Shown: positions 9,529-19,195, counted from the first letter of the stretch. The stretch: 64,000 bases of DNA from an uncultured bacterium (GCA_949282195.1 CASDOW010000010.1:452-64451); one strand, 5' to 3'. Notes: generated by a model from the letters alone, not told the origin. Translations and numbers: made by a program.

Positions 9529-12171
9529 ATGGCTCTAATTGATATTTTACTTAAAATTTTTAAAGACCCAAATGTTAGAAAAATAAATAAAATAATGCCT
9601 ATCGTCGATAGGATTAATGAAATAGAAGAAGAATATTCCAAACTCACAGACGAACAGTTAAAAGCTAAAACTCAAGAGTTTAAAGCAATTCTTGCAAAGC
9701 GTCCTACTTCATCTGATATTAAGCAAGACAGAATTTTAGAAAAACAAGCTCTTGATGAAATTTTACCAGACGCTTTTGCTACTGTCAGAGAAGCTGGAAA
9801 AAGGGTTTTAAACCTCAGACACTTTGATGTTCAATTAATTGGCGGCATATTTCTCCATGAAGGTCATATTGCTGAAATGAGAACAGGGGAAGGTAAAACT
9901 CTTGTTGCAACTTTGCCTGCATATTTAAATGCATTGACAGGTAAAGGGGTCCACGTAATTACTGTTAACGATTATCTTGCAAAGCGCGATAGAGATTGGA
10001 TGGGTAAAATTTATGAATTTTTGGGCTTAAGCGTGGGTGTTATTTTATCAAGCGGTGAATATAACAGCTATGAAAATAAAAAAGAAGCCTATAATTGTGA
10101 TATTACCTATGGAACAAACAACGAGTTCGGCTTTGATTATTTAAGAGATAATATGGCGTCAGATATAAATTCTTTGGTTCAAAGACCATATAACTATGCA
10201 ATTATAGATGAAGTTGATTCAATTTTAATTGATGAAGCAAGAACACCTTTAATCATTTCAGGGCGTCTTGAAAAATCAGCTCAAACTTATCATTTAATGG
10301 CAAAAATTGCGCCATTGTTGGAAAAAGATAAGCACTATGAAGTTGATGAGAAAAATAAAAATATAATTTTCACAGAAGAAGGTGTAATAAAAGCTGAAGA
10401 ATTATTGAATGTTGATGAGCTTTTTGATATGAAAACTCAATATGCTCATCATCTTTTGCAAGCCCTAAAAGCAAAAGAACTTTTTGTTAAAGATACCGAC
10501 TATGTTATAAAAGATAATCAAGTAATGATTGTTGATGAATTTACAGGTCGTATCATGGAAGGTAGACGCTGGTCTGACGGGCTTCATCAGGCAATTGAAG
10601 CAAAAGAAGGCGTTGATATTCAAGATGAAACTCAAACATTAGCTTCAATTACTTTTCAAAATTTATTCAGATTATATCCTAAGCTTTCAGGCATGACAGG
10701 TACAGCTATGACTGAAGAAGCTGAATTTGGTAAAATATACAATCTTCAAGTAACTCAAATTCCTACAAATAAGCCGGATAGAAGAATAAATTATGCTGAT
10801 GTTATTTATAAAACACGAGTGAAAAAATATGAACATGTTGCTCGTGAGATTGCACAAATGGCAAAAATAGGCAGACCCACTCTTGTTGGTACAATATCAA
10901 TAGAAAAATCTGAATACCTGTCAAACATATTAAAGAAATTAGGTATTAAACACAATGTATTAAACGCTAAGCACCACGAAAAAGAAGCCTATATAATAGC
11001 GCAAGCAGGTAGAGTTGGGGCTGTTACTATTGCAACCAATATGGCAGGCAGAGGTACCGATATTCTTCTTGGAGGAAATGCTGAATATTTAGCAAAAGAA
11101 GAACTTGACAAAAAAGGAATTACAAAAGAACATCCAAATTATGAAAATTTGAAAAATGAAGCACTGGAAAAAGCAAGAGCAATCACTCAAGAAGAACACG
11201 ATAAAGTTGTTGAATTGGGAGGATTACACGTAATCGGTACGGAACGTCATGAATCAAGAAGAATAGACAACCAATTAAGAGGTCGTGCCGCTCGTCAGGG
11301 CGACCCGGGTTCAACCAGATTTTTCTTATCTTTAGAAGATGACTTGATGAGGATTTTTGGCGGTGAAAGAATTGCAAATCTTATGACCATGCTTAATGTT
11401 GATGATGATACATCAATTGAAAACCCTTTAATTACCCGTCAAATTGAATCTGCTCAAAAGAAAGTTGAAACTTATCATTTTGATATCAGAAAATCAGTTC
11501 TTGAATATGACGATGTTATGAATATTCAAAGAGAAAAATTCTATTACCAAAGAAGAAAGGTTTTAGCTTCAACTGATTTAAGAGAAGATGTAAGATTTAT
11601 GATATTAAAAGAGGTTGATAGGATTTTAGCTCAATATATAAGCAAAGACATGTCTCCTCAAGAATATGTTCATGATGATTTAGTAATGTTTACAAAAGAA
11701 TTCATCAGCGTATTTCCTCAATTGAGAGATAAAATTAAAGTTGAAGACATTAAAGATTTAAGAGCTAATGAAATTTCTCAAAAACTTAAAGATATGACCC
11801 TTGAAGCATATAAGCAATTTGAGCTTGATACAATTAATGATTTTAATGCTGTAATGACAAAATATTACGGCAATGATTTTGTTGTTCAAGAGCCTTATAG
11901 AGAAGATAATATATTAAGAAGTGTTGAAAGGGATATTTTGCTTCAGGTTGTGGACGCTAAATGGATTGATCATTTAGGAAATATTGATATGCTAAAAGAT
12001 TCAATCGGGCTTGTTGCATATGGTCAAAAAGATCCGTTGATTGAATATAAAAAAGAAGCATACAATTTATTTAACTCTTTAATGGCGGAAATTCAATCGG
12101 AAACAGTTCAACACTTGTTTAGAGCTAAGTTTGGTGTGCAAGTTTATGAAGAACAAAATGAAATCGGATAA
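9529..12171 (+). CDS. secA: Preprotein translocase ATPase SecA
   Basis: 880 aa. Walker A MRTGEGKTLVATLPAYLNAL, DEVDSILIDEARTPLIISG, TNMAGRGTDI. GAGGAGG SD. Confidence 0.97.
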   Translation: MALIDILLKIFKDPNVRKINKIMPIVDRINEIEEEYSKLTDEQLKAKTQEFKAILAKRPTSSDIKQDRILEKQALDEILPDAFATVREAGKRVLNLRHFDVQLIGGIFLHEGHIAEMRTGEGKTLVATLPAYLNALTGKGVHVITVNDYLAKRDRDWMGKIYEFLGLSVGVILSSGEYNSYENKKEAYNCDITYGTNNEFGFDYLRDNMASDINSLVQRPYNYAIIDEVDSILIDEARTPLIISGRLEKSAQTYHLMAKIAPLLEKDKHYEVDEKNKNIIFTEEGVIKAEELLNVDELFDMKTQYAHHLLQALKAKELFVKDTDYVIKDNQVMIVDEFTGRIMEGRRWSDGLHQAIEAKEGVDIQDETQTLASITFQNLFRLYPKLSGMTGTAMTEEAEFGKIYNLQVTQIPTNKPDRRINYADVIYKTRVKKYEHVAREIAQMAKIGRPTLVGTISIEKSEYLSNILKKLGIKHNVLNAKHHEKEAYIIAQAGRVGAVTIATNMAGRGTDILLGGNAEYLAKEELDKKGITKEHPNYENLKNEALEKARAITQEEHDKVVELGGLHVIGTERHESRRIDNQLRGRAARQGDPGSTRFFLSLEDDLMRIFGGERIANLMTMLNVDDDTSIENPLITRQIESAQKKVETYHFDIRKSVLEYDDVMNIQREKFYYQRRKVLASTDLREDVRFMILKEVDRILAQYISKDMSPQEYVHDDLVMFTKEFISVFPQLRDKIKVEDIKDLRANEISQKLKDMTLEAYKQFELDTINDFNAVMTKYYGNDFVVQEPYREDNILRSVERDILLQVVDAKWIDHLGNIDMLKDSIGLVAYGQKDPLIEYKKEAYNLFNSLMAEIQSETVQHLFRAKFGVQVYEEQNEIG

Positions 12172-12244
12172 TTAAATTTATTAGGCAATTTTTTAATTGT
12201 TTTGGTTTTATAAATTTACGTCTATTGATATTTTGTGTGTTTAA

Positions 12245-13189
12245 ATGATTGAAAAAGTTACAAACATTACATCCAAGATTGAATTAATGCCATATGGTTC
12301 ATATGGCAATCAAGGGCGCAATAATAATCAAGAGCAAAACAAAAAAGAAGATAAATTTGATTTATTTACTAAAGACGAAAGTAAGTCAAACCCTTTTGAC
12401 ACCGAGCAAAACGGACAGAACAATAAAATACAGGAATATTTTAACCAACGACTTGCAAAAATCAATGCTGATATTAAAGATGTAATCTTAAGAATTCAAA
12501 AAAACTCAAAATATGTCAATTTGATTGATTCTGCAATTATTGATTCTCAGGCTCTAGTGGCAAGATATCAATATAATAAAACACTGCCTTTAGAGGAAGG
12601 TAAAAACTTTAAGTTTTCAACAGATAAAGGATACTCTTCTATTGAAGTTTTTGATGTTGAAAATAATCCATTGTTAAAAGTTGATTTTGTAAAAAATTCA
12701 ATTGTAAAAATAAAAGTTTATTTTGAAACTTGTTATTTTGATATATTTCTTAGAAAAGAAAGCTTCTTAAGTAGAATTTTAGGAAATAGTAAAACGCAAA
12801 TTGAAAAATATCAAAAAAAAGACAGACTTTCTTCTAATATTTTAGAAGAGGTCATTTATGCTTCTGACGGTCAAATTGAAAAGTATTTATCATATCATGA
12901 AGGAAAAGTTCAGTCTGAAATTTTGTTTGATTTATCAATAGCTCAATTTAGACCTGATCAAAAAGATAAATTGGTTCCTCTTAAATATTCTTTATATGAT
13001 GTTAAAAATGAACATAAATTGGAAAATTTAATTTATACTTATTCATTGCCTAACAGATATCAACAATATAACAACACAACAGGTAAAATTATTAAATCTT
13101 TTATATTGCAAGGTTTGAAATCGAAGGTTGTTAAATATGCATTTTTCAACAGCATAAACGGTCAAATGACTGCTTGCGGCAGTTTATAA
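12245..13189 (+). CDS. Hypothetical protein
   Basis: 314-aa ORF with an N/Q-rich N-terminus, then beta-rich repeats vaguely like MORN/YwqK. No family confidently recognised and no SD seen. Confidence 0.55.
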   Translation: MIEKVTNITSKIELMPYGSYGNQGRNNNQEQNKKEDKFDLFTKDESKSNPFDTEQNGQNNKIQEYFNQRLAKINADIKDVILRIQKNSKYVNLIDSAIIDSQALVARYQYNKTLPLEEGKNFKFSTDKGYSSIEVFDVENNPLLKVDFVKNSIVKIKVYFETCYFDIFLRKESFLSRILGNSKTQIEKYQKKDRLSSNILEEVIYASDGQIEKYLSYHEGKVQSEILFDLSIAQFRPDQKDKLVPLKYSLYDVKNEHKLENLIYTYSLPNRYQQYNNTTGKIIKSFILQGLKSKVVKYAFFNSINGQMTACGSL

Positions 13190-14314
13190 AAACTTTTGTC
13201 TTATTTTTTTATCTGTTTCAAAGATTTCATCCAAAGTTGGATTAATTATGTTTTTAGCGTTATCAATTTCATTAAAAACAATCTTTTCTATATCAAGAAA
13301 ATTTATTTCTCCTTTTAAAAATTTATATACGGCTATTTCGTTTATAGCGTTTAATATTACGGGGAAAAGCCCGCCTTTTTTGCCGCAATCTATGGTTAAT
13401 TTTAATAATGGGAATTTTTCAAAATCAGGCTCTAAAAATTCGAGTTTTTTATTATAGATATTAAAACTGTCGGTTTTTATTCCTTCAAACCTTTCAGGAT
13501 AGCTTAGTGCATATTGAATTGGAATATGCATTGAAGGTACTCCCATTTGAGCTAAAAACGAGCCGTCGCAAAATTCAACAAATGAATGAACTATGCTTTG
13601 AGGATGTATAACTACTTTAATGTTGTCATAGTTAAAATTATAAAGGTGATGTGCTTCAATGACTTCAAGCCCTTTATTAACAAGAGTGGCGCAATCAATT
13701 GTGATTTTTTTGCCCATCATCCACCTTGGATGTTTAAGAGCTTCTTTTGCGGAAAATTTTGACATTTCTTCTCTTGAATTATTCAAAAAAGGCCCGCCTG
13801 AAGCAGTAATCCAAAGATTTTTAGCATATGGATTATCTTTCTTGTTTAAACACTGTAAAATTGCAGAATGTTCTGAATCAATCGGGATTATAGAAACATT
13901 ATTTTCTTTTGCTTTTTTCATCACAATATCGCCTGCCATAACAAGGGTTTCTTTGTTGGCAAGGGCTATTGTTTTTTTGTTTTCTATGGCTCTGATTGTT
14001 GCTCTAACTGATACTATGCCATTTGTAGCCACCACAAAAATATCTGTTTCTTCTATATTTGCAAATTCATAAAGTCCAATTTCACCACAAAAGAACTTTA
14101 CATTATTAAATTCTTTTTCAAGCTTTTTCATATCGTCATAATCAGCTACACTGACATATTTGGGTTTAAATTTGATGATTTGTTCTTTTAGAAGTTTAAT
14201 ATTTTTTCCTGCTGCAAGTGCTAAAATATTAAATTTGTCTTTTAATTTTTCAACTACTTCCAGAGTTTGAGTGCCGATTGAACCTGTCGAACCTAATAAA
14301 ACAATATTTTTCAT
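13184..14314 (-). CDS. dxr: 1-deoxy-D-xylulose-5-phosphate reductoisomerase
   Basis: N-terminal NADPH motif LLGSTGSIGTQTLEVV, IPIDSEHSAI, overall length 376 aa. Confidence 0.95.
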   Translation of the reverse strand: MKNIVLLGSTGSIGTQTLEVVEKLKDKFNILALAAGKNIKLLKEQIIKFKPKYVSVADYDDMKKLEKEFNNVKFFCGEIGLYEFANIEETDIFVVATNGIVSVRATIRAIENKKTIALANKETLVMAGDIVMKKAKENNVSIIPIDSEHSAILQCLNKKDNPYAKNLWITASGGPFLNNSREEMSKFSAKEALKHPRWMMGKKITIDCATLVNKGLEVIEAHHLYNFNYDNIKVVIHPQSIVHSFVEFCDGSFLAQMGVPSMHIPIQYALSYPERFEGIKTDSFNIYNKKLEFLEPDFEKFPLLKLTIDCGKKGGLFPVILNAINEIAVYKFLKGEINFLDIEKIVFNEIDNAKNIINPTLDEIFETDKKIRQKFL

Positions 14315-14316
14315 GG

Positions 14317-14640
14317 TTAATTATTTTCTTTTAAACTTTCCTGTTTGATAAAATCACACATGGCTTGAAGCCTTGTGTCTTCTGTTTTTTGCATAAATTC
14401 ATCTATATTTTTAATTTTACCCAATTTAAGCGCTAATTCATATAATAAAACACAATCGTTGCACAATCTGTATTTTGAATATTGAATAGAACCTGCTAAA
14501 GGCATATCTTTAGCGCAAGCACTGCAAGTAAATAATTCAAATTCGCTATCAGGGTTTTCTTCTATGTCGTCTAATTTCATTTGATAGACAACTTCTTGCA
14601 TTTCTTTGGCTATTTTTTGATTATTTTCCATTATCTTCAC
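14317..14640 (-). CDS. Small hypothetical protein with CxxC...CxxC zinc-ribbon-like motif
   Basis: FTCSACAKD...LCNDCVL. Track start is GTG 14640 and an alternative ATG lies at 14631. Overlaps the stop of the upstream gene by 11-20 nt. Confidence 0.55.
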   Translation of the reverse strand: MKIMENNQKIAKEMQEVVYQMKLDDIEENPDSEFELFTCSACAKDMPLAGSIQYSKYRLCNDCVLLYELALKLGKIKNIDEFMQKTEDTRLQAMCDFIKQESLKENN

Positions 14641-14977
14641 TTAAACTACAATATATACCTTGCATTATATTTTGAAAATCTTGATCTTGCAAGCAAGAGG
14701 CACTTTTAAATATTCTGGCGATAGGCAGGTTTTTGTCGTACCACCTTCTTTTGTATCCTTGAGAAAAAAGCCCCACAACTCTATCAACTCCAAGGCTCAC
14801 AGGAGAAGATTGCGGAAGTTCTCTTGAGTTTATTTTGATTGTTTCAATTATTTTTAAAACTTCGCGCGCTATGTCATAATGAGATTGCAAGGATAATTGT
14901 TTTAAAATACCCAAGACATCATCGGTATATGGCTTTGTGTCGTACCACCTTTTGTAGCTGTAGTTTTTTTCTTGCAT
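14621..14977 (-). CDS. Small hypothetical protein with duplicated YKR(R)WYD motif
   Basis: 118 aa. YKRWYDTKPY near the N-terminus and YKRRWYDKNLP about 70 aa later, flanking a helical segment. No family recognised. Confidence 0.6.
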   Translation of the reverse strand: MQEKNYSYKRWYDTKPYTDDVLGILKQLSLQSHYDIAREVLKIIETIKINSRELPQSSPVSLGVDRVVGLFSQGYKRRWYDKNLPIARIFKSASCLQDQDFQNIMQGIYCSLSEDNGK

Positions 14978-14983
14978 AATTAA

Positions 14984-14989
14984 ATTTTA
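14984..14989 (-). promoter_or_regulatory. -10-like hexamer TAAAAT, 6 nt upstream of ATG 14977 (leaderless geometry)
   Basis: Minus strand reads TAAAAT-TTAATT-ATG. No SD. Confidence 0.4.
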
Positions 14990-15026
14990 AACTTATAGCT
15001 TTTCTTTTGCAATTTTGTAAACAAAT

Positions 15027-16115
15027 TTAAATTTTAATAAATTCGCACAATATTTCATTTGATAAAAGTATGCCTTTTTGTGTCAATTTAACACCTTTTC
15101 GTGTTTTTTCCATTAGATTTAAGTTTAAGTATTTATCAAATTCTTTTTTGTATATTTCATAAATGTCAACGTTGTATTTGTTGTTGATGTTGTTGAAATT
15201 TATTCCTTTGGTTAACCTCAAGCCAAGAAAAATTTCTTCTTCGATTTTATTTTCTTTTGATAAAATTTCATATTTTTTATCAAGAGGGTTATTGATATAG
15301 TCTTTAAAATTAAAAGTGTTTGTATATCTTTTATCTTCGATATATCCGCTTGCCGATATGCCAAAACCATAGTAGTTCTTGCATTGCCAATAGGCGCTAT
15401 TGTGTTTTGAAAAATAGTTTTCATTTTTTGCAAAGTTTGAAAATTCGTAGTGAATATATTTTTCTTTTAGCTTATCAATTGCAATTTCATACATTTTTGC
15501 CTGTGTTTCATCATCTGCAATATTTTCGGGCGGATATTTATAAAAATAGCTTCCTTTTTCGATTTTTAATCCGTATAAGGAAATATGAGAAGGGTTTATT
15601 TCAATTGCTTTATTTAAAGTGTTTATCCAGTTATTTATGTTTTGATTTGGCAGACCGTATATTAAATCAATACTAAAATTATCGAAGCCGGCTTTTTTAA
15701 TATTTTTTATAACTTTTAGAGCTTCAAGTGTTGTGTGTGTTCTTCCGATTAGGTTTAGAATTTCATCGTCAAAACTTTGTATACCTATTGAAACTCTATT
15801 TATTCCAAGTTCTTTATAAGCTTTAAGTTTTTCATAGGAAATGTTGTGGGGGTTAATTTCTATTGTGACTTCTGTTTTAGAATTAAAATTAAAATTTTTA
15901 AGAATTTTTTCTATATCGCTAATTTCCAATAAAGAAGGAGTTCCGCCTCCAAGATAGATTGTTTTTAATGGATTATTTTTGTAAAAAAACTTAATCTCTT
16001 TATTGAGTGCCTTTATATATTCATTTTTTGCTTTTAGCAGGCTGAATGAGCAAAAGGAGCAATATTTGCATTTTTTTTCGCAAAATGGTATGTGAATATA
16101 AACACAATTTATCAT
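15027..16115 (-). CDS. hemW: Radical SAM HemN-like protein (heme chaperone HemW / oxygen-independent coproporphyrinogen oxidase-like)
   Basis: YIHIPFCEKKCKYCSF (CxxxCxxC radical SAM cluster), GGGTPS motif, 362 aa. Confidence 0.9.
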   Translation of the reverse strand: MINCVYIHIPFCEKKCKYCSFCSFSLLKAKNEYIKALNKEIKFFYKNNPLKTIYLGGGTPSLLEISDIEKILKNFNFNSKTEVTIEINPHNISYEKLKAYKELGINRVSIGIQSFDDEILNLIGRTHTTLEALKVIKNIKKAGFDNFSIDLIYGLPNQNINNWINTLNKAIEINPSHISLYGLKIEKGSYFYKYPPENIADDETQAKMYEIAIDKLKEKYIHYEFSNFAKNENYFSKHNSAYWQCKNYYGFGISASGYIEDKRYTNTFNFKDYINNPLDKKYEILSKENKIEEEIFLGLRLTKGINFNNINNKYNVDIYEIYKKEFDKYLNLNLMEKTRKGVKLTQKGILLSNEILCEFIKI

Positions 16116-16121
16116 TTTTAC

Positions 16122-16129
16122 ATTATAAT
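16122..16129. promoter_or_regulatory. Overlapping divergent -10 hexamers (ATTATAAT) serving hemW (-) and the SIS gene (+)
   Basis: Minus strand: TATAAT(16127-16122)-GTAAAA-ATG(16115). Plus strand: TATAAT(16124-16129)-ATGAAT-ATG(16136). Confidence 0.45.
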
Positions 16130-17191
16130 ATGAATATGAGTTATATGATGGAATCTGAGATTAATTCTCAAGCGGAAATTATAGAGAATTTAATCAATCG
16201 CTATATTTTAAATTATTGTGTTTTAATTGATATCCCTTTGTGCATTAATAGAATTGTTTTAATTGCAAGTGGTTCATCATATAACGCTGCTTTGTTTGGA
16301 AAATATTTCTTTGAAAATATATCAAATATTGAAGCAAGCTGTGAATATGCTTCTGAAATTGCCCATTCAAATTTTACTAATTTTGATAAAAACGTTTTAT
16401 ATGTCTTTATAAGCCAATCAGGCAACAGTGTTGACACTGTTTTAGCTATGGAAAAAATTAAAGAACAAGGTTTAAAAACTCTTTGTATAACAAATAATGA
16501 AAATTCAAAATTATACAATGAATGTGATTATAAATTTGATATTAAAGCAGGTTTAGAATATGCAATTGCTGCAACTAAAACTTTTGGTGCAAGCGTTGTT
16601 ATGCTTTGGATAATTGCGCTAAAAATTGCTCAAAATAAACAAATAGATGTAACTTCTCATATTGAAAATATTGGTTCTATCAGAAAAAATATTGAAGATG
16701 CAATTTCAGATATTGAAAATTTAGATTTAGTATCAAAAATTTTATCTAAACAACAAGGGTTTTCAATATGCGGATATAATGAAAAATTTCCCATAGCACT
16801 TGAAGCTTCTTTGAAAATAAAAGAAACCTGTTATATTAATACTTGCGCTTATCCTTTGGGAGAATTTATCCATGGGCATTTTGCGCTATTAAATAAATCA
16901 AACGTGCTTTTAACTTTTTTGACAAGCGATTGTACGAATTTAGAGCGCAATTTATTAAAGAAAATTTTAAAAACATATAAAGCAAAATCCATTGTAGTTT
17001 CTGATACATATGATGATTATGATTGCGACATTTTGCTCAAATTTCCAAAATGTCAATCAAAAATCGCAACAATTGTTTCAATGATTATAGTAGTTCAAAT
17101 GCTTGCTTTTAAAACTGCGCTAAGATTAAAAAGAAATGTGGATAAACCTCAAGGGCTTAATAAAGTAGTGGATGACAAGGATTTAAAATAA
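16130..17191 (+). CDS. SIS-domain sugar-phosphate isomerase/aminotransferase-like protein (GlmS isomerase-half / AgaS / FrlB-like, no glutaminase domain)
   Basis: Two SIS modules (IASGSSYNAALFGKYFFE...FISQSGNSVDT; second half GEFIHGHFALL). Track start 16046 overlaps hemW. ATG 16130 or 16136 is the likelier start (16136 fits the leaderless geometry). Confidence 0.8.
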   Translation: MNMSYMMESEINSQAEIIENLINRYILNYCVLIDIPLCINRIVLIASGSSYNAALFGKYFFENISNIEASCEYASEIAHSNFTNFDKNVLYVFISQSGNSVDTVLAMEKIKEQGLKTLCITNNENSKLYNECDYKFDIKAGLEYAIAATKTFGASVVMLWIIALKIAQNKQIDVTSHIENIGSIRKNIEDAISDIENLDLVSKILSKQQGFSICGYNEKFPIALEASLKIKETCYINTCAYPLGEFIHGHFALLNKSNVLLTFLTSDCTNLERNLLKKILKTYKAKSIVVSDTYDDYDCDILLKFPKCQSKIATIVSMIIVVQMLAFKTALRLKRNVDKPQGLNKVVDDKDLK

Positions 17192-17971
17192 GTGAATATA
17201 ATAGTTTGCATTAAACAAGTTCCTGATGTGGATGACATTAAATGGACAAAAGAAAATAATTTAGACAGAAATAATATGCTGTCTAAAATTAATCCTTATG
17301 ATGAATATGCGCTAAATGCTGCAATTAAGATTAAATCAAGGTTTAAAGAAGCAAAAGTTACCGTAATTTCTATGGGCCCTAAGCAAGCGCAGGATGTTTT
17401 GAATTTTGCCCTTGCAAAAGGCGCAAATAGAGCTATTTTATTGTCCGATAAAGCATTTGCAGGTTCTGATACTTTAGCTACATCTAAAATTTTAGCTGCT
17501 GCAATTAAAAAATATTGCCCCGATTTTAGTTTGATTTTAACAGGGCAAATGGCTGTAGATGGAGATACGCAACAGGTTCCTTTGAGCTTGGCTCAATTGC
17601 TTGAAATACCTGAAATAACAAATATAACAGAGATTTGTAATGCCGATAAAAATGTTGCAATTGTTTCTGTTAAGACCGATTTAAAAATAGATATTTATGA
17701 AATTAATACTCCTTGTTTGCTTGCATTAAAAACTGAGTGTGAAGAAAATTATATTCCTAAAATAGATGATTATATCAGGGCGCAAAATATTCCGATTGAA
17801 GAATACGATATTAATGACATCGGCATAAATAAAGAAGATGTCGGCGTTATTGGTTCTCCTACCATGGTATATAGAGCTTTTAGACCGGAAATTCATAAAG
17901 ATACAAAGGAAATAAAAGAAGATATAACAAAAAAAATCTTAGATTTTTTATTAAAGGTTGATAATAAATGA
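17192..17971 (+). CDS. etfB: Electron transfer flavoprotein beta subunit
   Basis: MNIIVCIKQVPD..., ISMGPKQAQDVL, DLILTGQMAVDGDTQQV. GTG start immediately after the SIS gene stop. Confidence 0.92.
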   Translation: MNIIVCIKQVPDVDDIKWTKENNLDRNNMLSKINPYDEYALNAAIKIKSRFKEAKVTVISMGPKQAQDVLNFALAKGANRAILLSDKAFAGSDTLATSKILAAAIKKYCPDFSLILTGQMAVDGDTQQVPLSLAQLLEIPEITNITEICNADKNVAIVSVKTDLKIDIYEINTPCLLALKTECEENYIPKIDDYIRAQNIPIEEYDINDIGINKEDVGVIGSPTMVYRAFRPEIHKDTKEIKEDITKKILDFLLKVDNK

Positions 17972-18993
17972 AAAAAATACTTGTATATGGCGAACTAAAT
18001 TCAAAAGATAATACAATTGAAAAAGTAACATTTGAACTTCTTAATAAAGCAAGAAGATTATCTTCTGAGGCAAAAGAATTAAAACAAGATGAAGAATATA
18101 TTGTGGAAGTTGTTTTTTGCGCCTCTTATCTTGTAGATGATGAAATAAATAAAGCTTTTAAGGCGGGTGCAAATAGAGTAGTCTTAATTAAAGACAGTGT
18201 TTTTGACACTTTTTATTCAACTGTTTATGCAGATGCGTTTTTAGAATATTTTGATAAAAATCCAAGCGACATTATTCTTTTTCCTGCAACCCCAAAAGGC
18301 AGGTTGATTGCCCCAAGAGTTACCGTCCAATTAGACACAGGGCTTGTTGCAGACTGCATTGAAGCTGAATTTGTTTTAAAAAATGATAAGCTTTTATTTG
18401 CTCCCACAAGGCCGACTTTTGGTTCTGAACTTATGGCAACAATATTATCTAAAAAAGCCCCATATTGCGCTACAATTCGTAAAGGTGTGTTTAAGACCGA
18501 TTTTTCAAACGCAAAAACCGGAGAATTTGTTGAGTATACTCCAATTTCTTATCATGAGGATAGAATTAAATTAATTAAAACAATTTTAAATAAAGATAAA
18601 AACGATGTTGATTTTACGAATGCAAAAGTTGTTTTATGCGGCGGATACGGCTTATATTCTAACAAAAGCGATGAATACTATAAAAAATTAAAAAAATTGG
18701 CAAAAATAACAGATTCTTTTTTTGGTGTTACAAGAAAAGTTGTTGATTTTAATTTAGCCGAGCAAAAATATCAAATCGGACAAACAGGCTCGACCGTTCA
18801 AGCAAAATTATATGTTGCTTTTGGTGTATCAGGTGCAATTCAGCATATTCAAGGAATGAAAAATTCAAAAACAATAGTTGCGATAAATACGGATGAAAAT
18901 GCTGATATATTTAAATATTCTGATTATAAAATAGTGGCTGATGCCAAAAAAGTTATCGATGATTTATTAATTTATTTTGATATTAAAATTTAA
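17968..18993 (+). CDS. etfA: Electron transfer flavoprotein alpha subunit
   Basis: C-terminal FAD-binding signature LYVAFGVSGAIQHIQGMKNSKTIVAINTDENADIF. 4-nt overlap with etfB. Confidence 0.92.
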   Translation: MKKILVYGELNSKDNTIEKVTFELLNKARRLSSEAKELKQDEEYIVEVVFCASYLVDDEINKAFKAGANRVVLIKDSVFDTFYSTVYADAFLEYFDKNPSDIILFPATPKGRLIAPRVTVQLDTGLVADCIEAEFVLKNDKLLFAPTRPTFGSELMATILSKKAPYCATIRKGVFKTDFSNAKTGEFVEYTPISYHEDRIKLIKTILNKDKNDVDFTNAKVVLCGGYGLYSNKSDEYYKKLKKLAKITDSFFGVTRKVVDFNLAEQKYQIGQTGSTVQAKLYVAFGVSGAIQHIQGMKNSKTIVAINTDENADIFKYSDYKIVADAKKVIDDLLIYFDIKI

Positions 18994-19048
18994 CAATAAA
19001 AAAAAGCCGTCATAAGGCGGCTACTAGACTTGGGGAGGAGGTTTTGAG

Positions 19049-19067
19049 AAGGAGTTTTACTCCTTTT
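19049..19067 (+). terminator. Putative intrinsic terminator after etfA
   Basis: 7-bp stem AAGGAGT/ACTCCTT, 3-nt loop, followed by TTCAAATTT. Confidence 0.45.
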
Positions 19068-19180
19068 CAAATTTGTATATTATTTTTTTCGTCCGCAAGA
19101 TTTTTTGCTTTAGAATTTTTTTTCTAAATTCCTCCAAAAGGTTGAAAAATTATAAATCCGTGAATTAAACTATCGATATT

Positions 19181-19189
19181 TGTTAGAAT
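19181..19189 (+). promoter_or_regulatory. Extended -10 (TGtTAGAAT), 6 nt upstream of ATG 19196 (leaderless geometry)
   Basis: TGTTAGAAT-TAAATT-ATG. No SD. Confidence 0.45.
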
Positions 19190-19195
19190 TAAATT

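Noticed and set aside
16046-16129. Extended N-terminal ORF starts given by the track (16046, 20943, 24243, 25865, 2539, 37848, 41309, 54281, 61920)
   Set aside because: In each case an internal ATG has a better SD or -10 geometry. The internal ATG also avoids overlap with a divergent neighbour or a read-through of a terminator hairpin. The extensions add non-conserved residues ahead of a recognisable family N-terminus.
17137-17145. Perfect DnaA-box-like nonamer TGTGGATAA (with near matches at about 9499 and 62388)
   Set aside because: These are isolated single boxes, this one inside a coding region, with no cluster or adjacent AT-rich unwinding element. There is no evidence for an origin.
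18999-19023. Hairpin AGCCG-n8-CGGCT right after etfA
   Set aside because: The stem is only 5 bp and there is no U-tail. The AAGGAGT/ACTCCTT hairpin about 30 nt downstream is a better terminator candidate.
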